This document shows positions 26,673 to 37,381 of a stretch of 64,000 bases of DNA, piece after piece. The stretch's first letter is position 1, and the number at the start of each line of letters is the position of its first letter. The translations under genes were made by a program, and so were the position numbers. This stretch comes from a virus (Duplodnaviria; Caudoviricetes): the IMG/VR virus record IMGVR_UViG_3300033121_001394, positions 21,594 to 85,593 of that record. One strand, written 5' to 3'. The notes below the pieces were generated by a model. The model was not told where the DNA came from, searched no databases, and was given only the letters and a program-made list of their open reading frames with translations.

Positions 26673-29173
26673 GGTATAGGATTTCTATTTGGTTCATAAA
26701 TACCGCTAATAGAAGGAATTACTATTCCTCCAATATAACTTCCTTCTCTTGATGCTTCTTCATAAAGTTTTTGTATCCGTTCTGGAGTAATCGCTTTTTC
26801 AATCGGAGGAATTCCCTGTAATTTTTCAATTTCTTTTCCTTGTCTAGCAAAACCTGTATAAATATTAGTAATTTTATCAAATAAAACTTTAGATAATTTA
26901 TTAGCAGGAACCGCAAAAGTTCTTATAGAATAATTAGTAGAAAATCCATCCGGACCAAATTGACAAGAAGCAGAAGTAATCTGTGAACTTGTTGCTACTG
27001 AATCTGCTAAATTAAATGGTGGTAAACCTGCAATATTTAAATCGGCACTATCTATTACCGTAGAATCAGCTATTGATCTATTCACTAAAGTAGTACCCGC
27101 AGTATTAAAACCAGATACTCCACCGTAAGTCCAAGGTGCTAAAGAACTATCTTGAATAATACGTATCCCACCACAACGAATACCAGATGCTATAAAACCA
27201 CCAAAATTCTTTTCGGTTCGTCTTAAAGCAATAAAAAAACCATATATATCAGAAGAATACGGAGGAGCAAAAAGTCTGGGGCTAGCTAAACCATATTTTA
27301 GATTTTCATCTATGTTTTGTAACATATTGTAATCTTTAATATTTTGATTAGTAAAACCAGCATATTTTAAAAAGTCATAGTAATATTTATTTCCTTTATA
27401 AATAGTTCCTGATGTTACTCCTTCAATTGGAAAAGATAGATTGGCAATAAATTGCGTAGGATTTTTATCATATTTTTCCAAACTTACTGGAACAACTAAT
27501 TTACTATTTTGTTCAACTAAGAAATTTTCTCGTTCATAATTACTAAGATCAACTGGATACGGAAAATTAGTATTATCAACTTGTGTTCTAAAATTAGGAA
27601 TACTTAAAAAACTCTTAATTTTACCAACTTCGTCTCTAAAAACAGGATTGTTAGTAGAAGATAACACAGCGTGATTAAGAGTAACACCACTAGGTAAAGA
27701 ACGTCCCGGTTCAGACCAAGCAGAATCCGATGCTTCAAATTCTAAACGCGGCACTAATTCAGAAGAATCATAATCACCATTGTTATACCATGTTGAACTA
27801 TCTACAGTTAATAACCAACTTTTGCCCCAATATTGCTCCGCAGTACGTCTAGTAGCATCATAAACAGCCCTTACTACTTCTTCTCGTAAAGGATCTCTAT
27901 CAGTAATTTGATAACCTAAAACGGTCATTGCTATAGAATTTCTAATACCAGAATTAGTAACGGCAAAATCATTAGCCCTTAGGAATCTTTCTCTTTGCAT
28001 TCCAAGGCCGCTGGCAAAAACTGGTTGTTCACTGGTTAAAACTTCTTCCCACGATTCTTGATTAAATAAAGCCGCCCTCATCACATTACTACTAGCATAG
28101 TAGCCAGAAACAGTAATAGTTGTTGCTGCTTTAATTAGTCGAGGAGGGTAAACTCCCTGAGGGGTTTTAGAAATAGTTACAGTTGGTAAGGATATAGTAC
28201 TATTAATCCATTGACTACCTGATCCTGTAATATGATCTAATAAAATAACCCCGGATAAAAAACTTGTTGATTTAGTAATAGCAGTGCCATCTGAAGTTTT
28301 ACCCCAATAACATTGTATATCGGTACTTTGAGGAAAACCCCAATATTCTACAGACGGACCTAAAGCTATAGATGTAGTAGGATCTGTACGTAATTCTTGT
28401 CCTCTTTTATATGAAGTTAACACTCCGCTATTTCTAGCATTAACAACAAATCCAGAAATTTCACTCGGATCACTCAGTGTGTTTCGATAAATATGTTTAA
28501 TATATAAAGTATTAAGAGTGCCAGTTGGATTAAAATTTGTGTAATCTACTTCGGCATAATAATCCATACCAAAATCTTGACTTACTTGTTGTAATAATTG
28601 TTCTAAACTTATTTCTGACGCATTTATTCTATACCAATATGGTATTCCCGATGGATTTACAGAACCGCTTGAATCCATAAAACCGCTAGAAAATTGTAAT
28701 AAAAATTTATTACCATAAGCATTAATAATACCTGTTGTAGATAAAAAATTACGAATTTTAGAAAAAGTCATCCCATCTTTAGTACAATCAGCCTCTTGGG
28801 GACTGCCATAATATCTAAAAACATTAAAATAATTGTCTAAAGCTATTCCTGTAGACAATCCTTGACCGTTTAAATTTAAAGGTATATTACCAAATAAGAA
28901 TCTTGGGTCGGCGGCCCTTACAGAATATGTTTTACCATTTTGTCCAAAATTTTCTGTCCAACCCTGAATAATTCCGCCAAACTTTAAACTACCTAACGTA
29001 AAAGATAATAATTTACCCGGATATGCAGAATTAAAATCAAAAGCTTGATCGTTTTCAGTAACTAAATCAAATTCAAAAGTAGTTGGGCTACTATTTAAGC
29101 CTAAAGTAGCAGATAATCTTTGAAGATATCCACTTAAAAGAATAGTGGGAGAAGTAATATTTTGTTGAAACAT
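26669..29173 (-). CDS. Tail tip/hub protein (Tal-like position)
   Basis: 834 aa, second gene after the tape measure; N-terminus has a hub-like pattern (FGGIIQGW...YSVRAADPR). Confidence 0.5.
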   Translation of the reverse strand: MFQQNITSPTILLSGYLQRLSATLGLNSSPTTFEFDLVTENDQAFDFNSAYPGKLLSFTLGSLKFGGIIQGWTENFGQNGKTYSVRAADPRFLFGNIPLNLNGQGLSTGIALDNYFNVFRYYGSPQEADCTKDGMTFSKIRNFLSTTGIINAYGNKFLLQFSSGFMDSSGSVNPSGIPYWYRINASEISLEQLLQQVSQDFGMDYYAEVDYTNFNPTGTLNTLYIKHIYRNTLSDPSEISGFVVNARNSGVLTSYKRGQELRTDPTTSIALGPSVEYWGFPQSTDIQCYWGKTSDGTAITKSTSFLSGVILLDHITGSGSQWINSTISLPTVTISKTPQGVYPPRLIKAATTITVSGYYASSNVMRAALFNQESWEEVLTSEQPVFASGLGMQRERFLRANDFAVTNSGIRNSIAMTVLGYQITDRDPLREEVVRAVYDATRRTAEQYWGKSWLLTVDSSTWYNNGDYDSSELVPRLEFEASDSAWSEPGRSLPSGVTLNHAVLSSTNNPVFRDEVGKIKSFLSIPNFRTQVDNTNFPYPVDLSNYERENFLVEQNSKLVVPVSLEKYDKNPTQFIANLSFPIEGVTSGTIYKGNKYYYDFLKYAGFTNQNIKDYNMLQNIDENLKYGLASPRLFAPPYSSDIYGFFIALRRTEKNFGGFIASGIRCGGIRIIQDSSLAPWTYGGVSGFNTAGTTLVNRSIADSTVIDSADLNIAGLPPFNLADSVATSSQITSASCQFGPDGFSTNYSIRTFAVPANKLSKVLFDKITNIYTGFARQGKEIEKLQGIPPIEKAITPERIQKLYEEASREGSYIGGIVIPSISGIYEPNRNPIP

Positions 29174-31254
29174 TAAGCACCTACGCCTGTGGCAACAATA
29201 TTAAGATTTGTGGTAAAAAGTCCATTTTTCCAATCCCAATTTTCAGTTTTGCCCACAATAAACCATCCGCTATTATATACCCCTAAGTCAGCAACACCAC
29301 TTGCAACATATCCAGAAGCAATGGCTCTAGGAGTATTTCTATCGGTAAATGCCCAATAGCCTCCGGCTTTGGGGTACATGGTAAGGGTAACATTAAGAGT
29401 TCTACGATATTCAGTTTTTGTTCCAATATTTTGAATAATGGGACCAGAAGAACGCCCCGGAATGATTTGTATAGCAATAACATCTTGTGGATAAGTTTCA
29501 TCAATAGTCATGTCAGCAACAGCTACCTGAGAATTTATAGGTGCTAATGTATTATTAAATGTGTAACTATATCCGATAGATCCGCCCGGACGATTTACGG
29601 TAACATTTTTACTTACAACTCTACTATTTAAATTAGGCGTTGTCCCACCCAATTTTGAATATTCACCACTTGCTCTTGCAAAAAGCAAACCCTGAATAGT
29701 ATTCCATCCAGTTTCCGCATTAGAAAATCGAGTATTAGGATTATCATTACTAGCAACTCCTTGTATAGTACCATTCACAGTAACCGTGCAACCATATCCA
29801 GCCGTAGTTGATGTATTATTTTGAGAAGATAAATCAACTGTATAATTATCTAAATAACTTCCATCAACAGAACCAGTCGTAAGGAAATTGTAGCCAAAAG
29901 AGTAGTTAATACTACCTAAAGGTTTATTATAGGAGATAGATTTATTAATGGGCACACTGCTATAATTACCACTGCTGTTTGTAGAACCAAAAAGGGTGCC
30001 GCCATAGGCAAAGGCTAAATCCCTAAACAAGGGTTGTAATATCTGATAGCCACTAACAGCGTTGGCAAAACGCTCATTATTCATTTGATAAAAACTATCG
30101 TCTGTTATTCCTTGAATTGTTCCATTAATAGTAACGATGGGAACATCGTTACCAAAAGTAAAGGAAACATCATAATTATGACGGTAAATACTACCACTCA
30201 TATTTACAAAGTTCATAGAATAATCAATTGTACCTAAATTTTGATTTTCTGTATAATTTGTAGTAACAGGACTACCATATGCTCCAACTTGGGCAGCCAG
30301 TAAACCGCTTCGTAAATTCCAATAGGTTTGGGCAGCGATTAGTTTATTAGCAGGGATATTATCTGGGTCTAATCCTTGAATGTTACCATTAGCAGTAATT
30401 CTTTCTATCGTTGGCCCATTATCTTCATCTAATGGATATTCAGTGGTTTTTTGCACATTTACTTGTTCAATATAAGTACGATTACTCATTATAAAACGTT
30501 GAGCAATTGAATATGATCCGCCCACTTTGTCTATAGCTTCCTCAGTAATTAAATTATACTTACCAGTGGGGCTAACTCCAGTGGGGAGATTAAAATAGTT
30601 AATTTCCATTCCTACGGAGTTAATACGCCCACTAACCCAAACCTTGGCGTTTCGCCATGCTTCTTGTCCTAAAATCGCCCCACTGACATAGTTGGTAAAA
30701 CCTACAGCAGAGACATTACGAGACACTTCTATAATGTCTGAACCATCATCTCTTTCTTTAATATTCCAAGTGTCAGAAACGCTACTTAAAAATAGACCGG
30801 AAGCCGAGAGGGGAATTATATCCTCGTAGGGCACAGTGCCGCTACGATTAAATGTCTTAGCTTCTAATTCTATAGAGTATTTAGAGAGGGTTGTCCAAGT
30901 ACCCGGCTCAAAAGAAATACTACGCAATATAGGATAAGTTTCTACGCGGGTAAGCCCACTTGGAAAATAAGATAGTTTGAACCCCGGAGTTGTTAGGGCC
31001 TCTCGCAATAATTCTTGTTTTGCAAGCAAAGCATCATGTTGTTCAAGATCAGTATTAAATACTTCATTAGCAGGATCAGCAACACCAGTGGCAAAACCTG
31101 TTGAAGTTGGCGAACCCCGTTCTGGCAATAAAGTACCCTGTAAACTTATTCTGTAGTTTGAGTTTAAAGGTCGTCCATCAGGTGTAAAATTACATTCTTT
31201 ATTAAAACTAATAAAGGGAGCAGGTATAAGTTTTTTATTATCAATTAAAATCAA
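29173..31254 (-). CDS. Distal tail protein (Dit-like position) with internal repeats
   Basis: Directly after the TMP; repeated (V/I)TxNGxIQG and GxIxYSxxF motifs; TTG start. Confidence 0.5.
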   Translation of the reverse strand: MILIDNKKLIPAPFISFNKECNFTPDGRPLNSNYRISLQGTLLPERGSPTSTGFATGVADPANEVFNTDLEQHDALLAKQELLREALTTPGFKLSYFPSGLTRVETYPILRSISFEPGTWTTLSKYSIELEAKTFNRSGTVPYEDIIPLSASGLFLSSVSDTWNIKERDDGSDIIEVSRNVSAVGFTNYVSGAILGQEAWRNAKVWVSGRINSVGMEINYFNLPTGVSPTGKYNLITEEAIDKVGGSYSIAQRFIMSNRTYIEQVNVQKTTEYPLDEDNGPTIERITANGNIQGLDPDNIPANKLIAAQTYWNLRSGLLAAQVGAYGSPVTTNYTENQNLGTIDYSMNFVNMSGSIYRHNYDVSFTFGNDVPIVTINGTIQGITDDSFYQMNNERFANAVSGYQILQPLFRDLAFAYGGTLFGSTNSSGNYSSVPINKSISYNKPLGSINYSFGYNFLTTGSVDGSYLDNYTVDLSSQNNTSTTAGYGCTVTVNGTIQGVASNDNPNTRFSNAETGWNTIQGLLFARASGEYSKLGGTTPNLNSRVVSKNVTVNRPGGSIGYSYTFNNTLAPINSQVAVADMTIDETYPQDVIAIQIIPGRSSGPIIQNIGTKTEYRRTLNVTLTMYPKAGGYWAFTDRNTPRAIASGYVASGVADLGVYNSGWFIVGKTENWDWKNGLFTTNLNIVATGVGA

Positions 31255-34200
31255 GTTGTGGTTCCTATAGAAGCTAAAATCTTACTGGAAACTTCTGGGT
31301 CAGATCTAAAAACTTCTGCTAGTTTTGCGGAAATATTTTTTAAAATACTAGCTTGTAAAGTTGGTCCAACCATTGCTAAAACATCAGGAGCCGCAAGTGC
31401 TACATTAACTTGTACCGGAGCAATCTCTAAAGAATTAGATTTCTCAGCCAAAGATTCTAATTTACTTACAATATTATTCCCAATATCAACTAATGTTGAA
31501 GAATTATCTGAAATCATGCTCAATTTATTTAAAGATTCATTTCCTCCATCAAAAGATTGATCCATAAATACTTTTTGTGGTTTATCAGTAAATAATTGAT
31601 CTAAAATCTTTCTAATATCAGTTAGTGGTTCTAATTGAGTATCAATTGATCGTAATAAAGGAATTTGTTCCTGATAAAATTCTTGTTCTAAAGGAATTAG
31701 AGAAGCTTGGGCTTTAAGAAGATTAATTTGATCATTGCGTAATTGTTTTTCTAAATTGGCTGAATCTTGAGCTTGTTGCTTTAAATCGGCCAATTGTTGT
31801 GCGACATTACCCCTTTCATCTTTACCAGTAAAAGCTGATTTGAGGCGAGCCACCGTTTCAATACCAATTTTTTCTTGAATATTACCTAATAAAGCCGAAC
31901 CAGTAATACCATTACCTAATTCAACATTACCAATAAGATTTAAACCCTGTTGAACTTGATCAAATTCTTTGCGATTTAATTTATTCAAAGCCCCTGTTGG
32001 ATTTTGCAAACCATCTAAAGCCGCAAATTTATTAATTGATTTAAATATATTTTTAATATCTTTGTCTGCTAAACCAGAAATAGTTTGACCCGCACTACGT
32101 AAGTCATTTCGTAAAGTAGTAAAAGCTTCTTTTAAAATATCAGTTGCTTGAGCCGCACTAGCAATACGAGTATCAAATTCTGCTAATCTCTGATTAGCCT
32201 CTTGTTGTTTATTGACAAATTCAATATTAGCTTGGTTTGCACTTTCTGCAAATCCTTTTTTAGCTTCAAAAGATATATCACTTCCTTGGCCTAATCTATT
32301 AAATTTAACTTCTCTATTACGAACTTTAGCTGAATTTTGTAAATCATTAATAAATGAATTGTTTGAATCAAAAGATGTAGTCTGAGCAGCTTGAGTTAAA
32401 GTCCGAGCATTTGCTACCCCAGAACGTAAAACTCCAACATTAGCAAAAAATTGTGTATTTTGAGCGTTTCTAAGTGCCCCAGAATTTTGCAAACTCTTAA
32501 TTCTAGCGTTTAAATCAAATAATGCTTGATTAGATTGACGTGCAGCACTTGCTAAATCATTTTCAAGTTTTAATTTTTGATTTTCAACTTCAATACTATT
32601 AAGAACAGCTTGACGTGCTTTTTCTTGAATAGCAATTAATTCAGACTGATTATCTTTGAGGAAGGAAGTAATATCATTAGATTTAAATAAATCAGTAAAT
32701 AAATCAGTAAAACTCTTCCCACTAACAATTTTTAGAGTTTCAAAAACATCTTGAAATTGATTACTAAATTCAGTACGAATTTTATTATCATTAAATAACT
32801 CGCCAACGACTTCCGCAAAAGATTTTTCTCCAATAACGGTATTGCTAGGCACTACTTCATTAGTTCCAGTGCGATTTAAAGTAAATTGTCTAAAAATACC
32901 TCGAATATTATCTTTAGATAAAAAGGTTGCCAAATTTTGAGCGGTATTTGTTAGTTCAGCATTAAAACGATTAAACGAATCAAGTCCTGCGGACTTGAAG
33001 AAAGAGGAAGAATTAGTGGGCACTTTGACTTGTGCTTGAGCATTAATATCAGAACTAAATCCAGCTAATCTATCTAGATTCTTACTAATACTGTTCGTTA
33101 TTTTTTCAAAACTATTATTAACTTTAAGAATTAAATTCTTAAAAGGATCTTCTAACGAATTAAAAATTTCATCAATAAATTTTTTGATTTCTGAAGTTGT
33201 TATATTTAATTTAGCTAATATTGTATTAATTGTTCCTTCTACATCTTTAGCATTTTTAACAATAGATAAAGATCCAATTTGTTTTTTCAAATCTTCTACT
33301 GCTGATTTTTGAATCAAGGCAGCATTGGCATTTGGACCTAAATTTTTAACAGCTTTATCAATAGCATTATTTCGAATAAGACGTAACGTATTATTAAAAG
33401 TATCAATTAATTTGATATCTAAAATACTAGAAGGTTTATCCCCGTTAGGTAAATTGCCACTTAACAAGTTACTAAAACTTTCTGGTCTATTAATAGGAGA
33501 ACGATCAAAAAATACACTTGATGCTTTACGAATTAATCGAGGAGTATTGTCAAAAAACTCTTGAATTCCTGATTTTGAGGGATTTAATAATTGATTACCA
33601 GCAAGTTCCAATTTTGCCAAAGGATCTTTAGCTCTATCCAAATTGATAGAAATCAAATTTTGGGTATTTTCTTTGATAGCACTAGTTAAACTTAAAATAG
33701 TAGCAGTTAAACCACCAACAATAGCACCGGGCACACCAAATAAACTACCTCCTAAAACTGCTCCTCCTACTCCAGAAGTAATAGCACTACCAACATTTGT
33801 TGTTTTTAAATTATTGGTGATATTTTTTTCAGGAATAATATTTGATAAAGAACTAGAAATTGCTGTAGCACCACCAACAATTAATGGTAAAGAATCAATT
33901 AAATTTTCTTTAGAGAGTAAAGATCGTTTATTAGTAGCATCTTTTTTACCAAATACTTGAGTTAAACCGCTTCGAAAATTAGATGTAAATTTAGGTAAAA
34001 CACTAGCTGATACAATACCAACAAATAAGGGGGCCAATGGAACTAAAATCTTACTTAGTCTTGTAAATTCAATAGCAAGATTAGCTACATCTTTAATAAG
34101 AGATTTTATAGAATCTGTTTGAAAAAATTCAATAACAAAGTCGGATACAGATTCTTTGAGTCTATTAAATGAAATACCTACATCGTCAATACGTTTAACA

Positions 34201-36251
34201 ATACTTTTATCAAAAGAACCATTAATAGATTCTAAAGTTTTATCAATATCACTTTTTCCACCACCTAAAGTTTTTTGACGCTGTTTTTCTAGTTCTCGTA
34301 GGGTAGCAATTAATCGTGATACCTGACGATCACCTGTTAATTGTTGAGCAATATTATTAATCTGTTTAGAATTAAAACGAGAATCAATAGAAAATAATAT
34401 TTTAGATAATTGTCTAAATTGATCAACTACTCCTTTATCTACATCGACACCTAAACTACTAAGTAATTTTTGTGAACGAGGATTAAGTAATTGGGTGACA
34501 CCACTCTTAAAAAACGTACCTAAAGTTTCAGCAGTTTCACGGGTTGAAGAACGTAGTAATGAAAAGAGTTCAACGAATTCTTTTAAAGAACCGTTTGATT
34601 GAGCAAAGACTGCACCACCTCTTTTAACAGCTTCGAAAATGTCACCTGATTCAACGGCAAAATCAGCAGCAAACTGATTTACAGTATCTAAAATTTCACC
34701 AGTGTCATCTAATCCTTTGTTAAACTGACCAAAAATAGCAATTAAACCTTCGGTTGTTGATTTTAAATCACCAAAGGTAGCCGCAAGTGGTACTTTTGCT
34801 AAATCGGTAGCAACTTTTCTAAGTTGATCTGGACTATTAAAACCGGCCTGTGCAAACGTTTGGACTGCATCAGCAATGTCAGTAATTGAAGTACCCGTTA
34901 TAACACCGGCGTTACGAACGGAGTCTCCAATATCTTTTAATTGAGCCTGAGTTGAAGTAGTAACCTGTTCAACTTTAGTCATTGCCGCTTCAAACTTTAA
35001 AGCCTCTTGTGTGGCATTTTGGAATGCACTAACAATTCTAACAATACCAAAGGAGCCAACAAGGAATGCCCCGTAACGTTTAAATGCCAATGCCGCCGCA
35101 CCGCCGAATCCTTCAATTCCACCTTGGGCAGCTTTAGCATTTTTTTCTACTTCTTTTAAATCAGATTTTAATTGTCTAGCATCTCTTATTAATTGTTGAT
35201 TAGCAACTCTAGTGTTTTTATCTTTTATTTGACTACTGGCAATATCTCCAGCATTAGCACTAACAAATCGTTGAAATTTTGGATCAACTTGAACTCCTAA
35301 ACTTTTAGCTTTAGCTAAAAGATCATTAAGTCGCTCTTGGCGAGCAACCACTTTTGCCGTTTCTTTTTCTAATTGTTTCTCAGCCGCAACATTTGCCCTA
35401 CGTTGTGCCTCTTCTGCTTTCCCTCTTTGTTCAATAGCACCCACAAATTTATCTGCTTCAAACTTCCGTTCTCTTTGTTTATCAGCGATAATTCTATCAG
35501 CAGTATCATCTACAATTTTTCTTTTTTCCGCTTCATTTTTTGCTTGTTTTCTTTTCGTTTCCTCGGCAATTTTAATTTCTGCCTCTTGTCTCGCTTTCGC
35601 AGCAGCTAAAGTTGATTGTAAATCTAATTCTCTATTTCTTGCTTGTTCCGAAGCATATTTATTATAAGCATCAGAAATTGCTTTTTCTCGTAACTTATTA
35701 TTACGAATTTCATCATCAGTAATTGCTTTATTTGTTTTTTTCGCTGTATCTTCTAAATCTTTTAAACCCTGATTTAAATTAGATATAAATTGGGCTTTAG
35801 CAATTTTATTAGCAGGACTATTAAAAATATCTGAAGAAAATATAGCCTTCAAAGTTGCTTGTGCTTGTTTGACTTGTTCTTCATTACCCGAAGCAAGACG
35901 GGATAAAACTCCTCTTGCAACACGCTCTAAATTAAGCATGGCTTTAGAAGCATTTTGTGCCCCGGCTGGCAAAGCCTCAGTAAAACTAGAAACTACTGGA
36001 TTCGCTGCCCCAAACACCTTTTTAAGTCTTGTGACCGTATCAACTAACTCTCCAAAACCAATATTGGTACTTTTAATATCTTTGCTGAGTTGAGTGACAT
36101 CAAAACCTTTTAAATTTATTTTTCCCAACCCCTTTTCAATTCCATCAGATACATTGCTAGCAATTTGATTAGATAACCTTGAGAATGCCTCATTGGTATT
36201 CTTGATAGAATTAATCGTAAGATCAAATGGAATATTTATATTTTGGGCCAT
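31251..36251 (-). CDS. Tape measure protein
   Basis: 1666 aa, helical A/Q/K/L-rich, with a core typical of TMPs (FEAAMTKV, DAVQTFAQAGF, DIFEAVKRGG) and the expected synteny. Confidence 0.92.
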   Translation of the reverse strand: MAQNINIPFDLTINSIKNTNEAFSRLSNQIASNVSDGIEKGLGKINLKGFDVTQLSKDIKSTNIGFGELVDTVTRLKKVFGAANPVVSSFTEALPAGAQNASKAMLNLERVARGVLSRLASGNEEQVKQAQATLKAIFSSDIFNSPANKIAKAQFISNLNQGLKDLEDTAKKTNKAITDDEIRNNKLREKAISDAYNKYASEQARNRELDLQSTLAAAKARQEAEIKIAEETKRKQAKNEAEKRKIVDDTADRIIADKQRERKFEADKFVGAIEQRGKAEEAQRRANVAAEKQLEKETAKVVARQERLNDLLAKAKSLGVQVDPKFQRFVSANAGDIASSQIKDKNTRVANQQLIRDARQLKSDLKEVEKNAKAAQGGIEGFGGAAALAFKRYGAFLVGSFGIVRIVSAFQNATQEALKFEAAMTKVEQVTTSTQAQLKDIGDSVRNAGVITGTSITDIADAVQTFAQAGFNSPDQLRKVATDLAKVPLAATFGDLKSTTEGLIAIFGQFNKGLDDTGEILDTVNQFAADFAVESGDIFEAVKRGGAVFAQSNGSLKEFVELFSLLRSSTRETAETLGTFFKSGVTQLLNPRSQKLLSSLGVDVDKGVVDQFRQLSKILFSIDSRFNSKQINNIAQQLTGDRQVSRLIATLRELEKQRQKTLGGGKSDIDKTLESINGSFDKSIVKRIDDVGISFNRLKESVSDFVIEFFQTDSIKSLIKDVANLAIEFTRLSKILVPLAPLFVGIVSASVLPKFTSNFRSGLTQVFGKKDATNKRSLLSKENLIDSLPLIVGGATAISSSLSNIIPEKNITNNLKTTNVGSAITSGVGGAVLGGSLFGVPGAIVGGLTATILSLTSAIKENTQNLISINLDRAKDPLAKLELAGNQLLNPSKSGIQEFFDNTPRLIRKASSVFFDRSPINRPESFSNLLSGNLPNGDKPSSILDIKLIDTFNNTLRLIRNNAIDKAVKNLGPNANAALIQKSAVEDLKKQIGSLSIVKNAKDVEGTINTILAKLNITTSEIKKFIDEIFNSLEDPFKNLILKVNNSFEKITNSISKNLDRLAGFSSDINAQAQVKVPTNSSSFFKSAGLDSFNRFNAELTNTAQNLATFLSKDNIRGIFRQFTLNRTGTNEVVPSNTVIGEKSFAEVVGELFNDNKIRTEFSNQFQDVFETLKIVSGKSFTDLFTDLFKSNDITSFLKDNQSELIAIQEKARQAVLNSIEVENQKLKLENDLASAARQSNQALFDLNARIKSLQNSGALRNAQNTQFFANVGVLRSGVANARTLTQAAQTTSFDSNNSFINDLQNSAKVRNREVKFNRLGQGSDISFEAKKGFAESANQANIEFVNKQQEANQRLAEFDTRIASAAQATDILKEAFTTLRNDLRSAGQTISGLADKDIKNIFKSINKFAALDGLQNPTGALNKLNRKEFDQVQQGLNLIGNVELGNGITGSALLGNIQEKIGIETVARLKSAFTGKDERGNVAQQLADLKQQAQDSANLEKQLRNDQINLLKAQASLIPLEQEFYQEQIPLLRSIDTQLEPLTDIRKILDQLFTDKPQKVFMDQSFDGGNESLNKLSMISDNSSTLVDIGNNIVSKLESLAEKSNSLEIAPVQVNVALAAPDVLAMVGPTLQASILKNISAKLAEVFRSDPEVSSKILASIGTTT

Positions 36252-36262
36252 TAAAAACTCTT

Positions 36263-36298
36263 AAAATAAATAAAATAAGCGGGTGAAAGCCCGCTTAT
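36263..36298 (-). terminator. Intrinsic terminator upstream of the TMP gene
   Basis: ATAAGCGGG-6 nt-CCCGCTTAT hairpin followed by TTTATTTATTTT on the minus strand. Confidence 0.75.
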
Positions 36299-36299
36299 A

Positions 36300-36306
36300 T
36301 ATACAC
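36300..36306 (-). promoter_or_regulatory. GTGTATA late-promoter motif abutting the terminator
   Basis: Motif ends 1 nt from the 5' arm of the hairpin. Confidence 0.55.
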
Positions 36307-36325
36307 TTTATGGGCTACACCCAGT

Positions 36326-37156
36326 TTAAGAACCGGGATTTGTTATGTCACTACCATTATCTTTATGGATTACAACCGGAGATTGTAACCAAACGTCCTC
36401 AAGAGGGTTTCCCTCTTTATCAACTCGGTTGTTAAACCGATCAATATATTCCCCGGCCTCATTAATAAATCTACCTTCTAGGTCAAGCAAAATACCATCT
36501 TCAGTAATTTGACGGCCCTTACTGTCAATAAAGTTTAACTGATTATCCATAAAACCCATCTGAATTAACCACTTATTCTCATAGAAATTCTTTTCAGCAT
36601 CAAGATCAGCCCCCTGAACCTTTAGATAATTTCGAATAGCCGCATCCATTACGGGGGTCTGATCATTTTGAAAGTCCTCAAAAGTTCGCCAATACATACT
36701 ACCATCTTCGGCATTCACTGTAGTAGCATAAACAAAATACTTAGTAAGCATGTTACTAGCATAAGAATCGGCAGTATTATTATAATAAGCCAAAATATTT
36801 TGACCAATCTCACCTAAAGCATTTCGTTCAGAACGAATTTGCAGGGCAAGGGCTTTACCTTGCTCTTTAGTCATCTTTGAGCCATTCTCATTAATACCTC
36901 GGCGTAACCGCATTTCTAAATTTTTAACCTTTTCCCTTACCTCAGCAATTTTCTTTTCTTCATTAAGAGTATTTAAAAGTCCTTTGGCTTCAAGCATGGC
37001 ATCCACTTCTGGTTTTAACCAAAGGCCCTTATCCGTAGCCTCCTTTAAACCAGAAGCATAAACTCGCTGACCTTCTAAACGAAGTTTAGTAGAAATAACA
37101 AGAGACTTAAGTTTTAATTCTTTCTCACCCAACTTAACTGTAAATTCATTCTTCAT
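36326..37156 (-). CDS. Tail assembly chaperone-like protein
   Basis: Position between tail tube and TMP; helical. Confidence 0.5.
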   Translation of the reverse strand: MKNEFTVKLGEKELKLKSLVISTKLRLEGQRVYASGLKEATDKGLWLKPEVDAMLEAKGLLNTLNEEKKIAEVREKVKNLEMRLRRGINENGSKMTKEQGKALALQIRSERNALGEIGQNILAYYNNTADSYASNMLTKYFVYATTVNAEDGSMYWRTFEDFQNDQTPVMDAAIRNYLKVQGADLDAEKNFYENKWLIQMGFMDNQLNFIDSKGRQITEDGILLDLEGRFINEAGEYIDRFNNRVDKEGNPLEDVWLQSPVVIHKDNGSDITNPGS

Positions 37157-37380
37157 TTTTGATTCCTAATTGCTTTATATAACATTCTAATCTGCCCATT
37201 GCCATAATCTAAAATGTTCTTACGAACAAGTAAATACTTTTCTAACCAAACTTTCTCATCCTCGGTCAAATCTTTATCTTCTTTATCAATTCCCCACAAA
37301 TCCCCAAATTCTTCTTCAATTTCCTCTAAAGCAAAGATAAAGGCCGACCTGATTCGTGTTTCAGCATATTTATCCAACAT
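37153..37380 (-). CDS. hypothetical protein
   Basis: 75-aa acidic ORF coupled to its neighbours. Confidence 0.6.
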   Translation of the reverse strand: MLDKYAETRIRSAFIFALEEIEEEFGDLWGIDKEDKDLTEDEKVWLEKYLLVRKNILDYGNGQIRMLYKAIRNQK

Positions 37381-37381
37381 A

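Noticed and set aside
31258-36093. Plus-strand ORFs inside the tape measure and other late genes
   Set aside because: Antisense shadows of long minus-strand genes, with no RBS or motifs.
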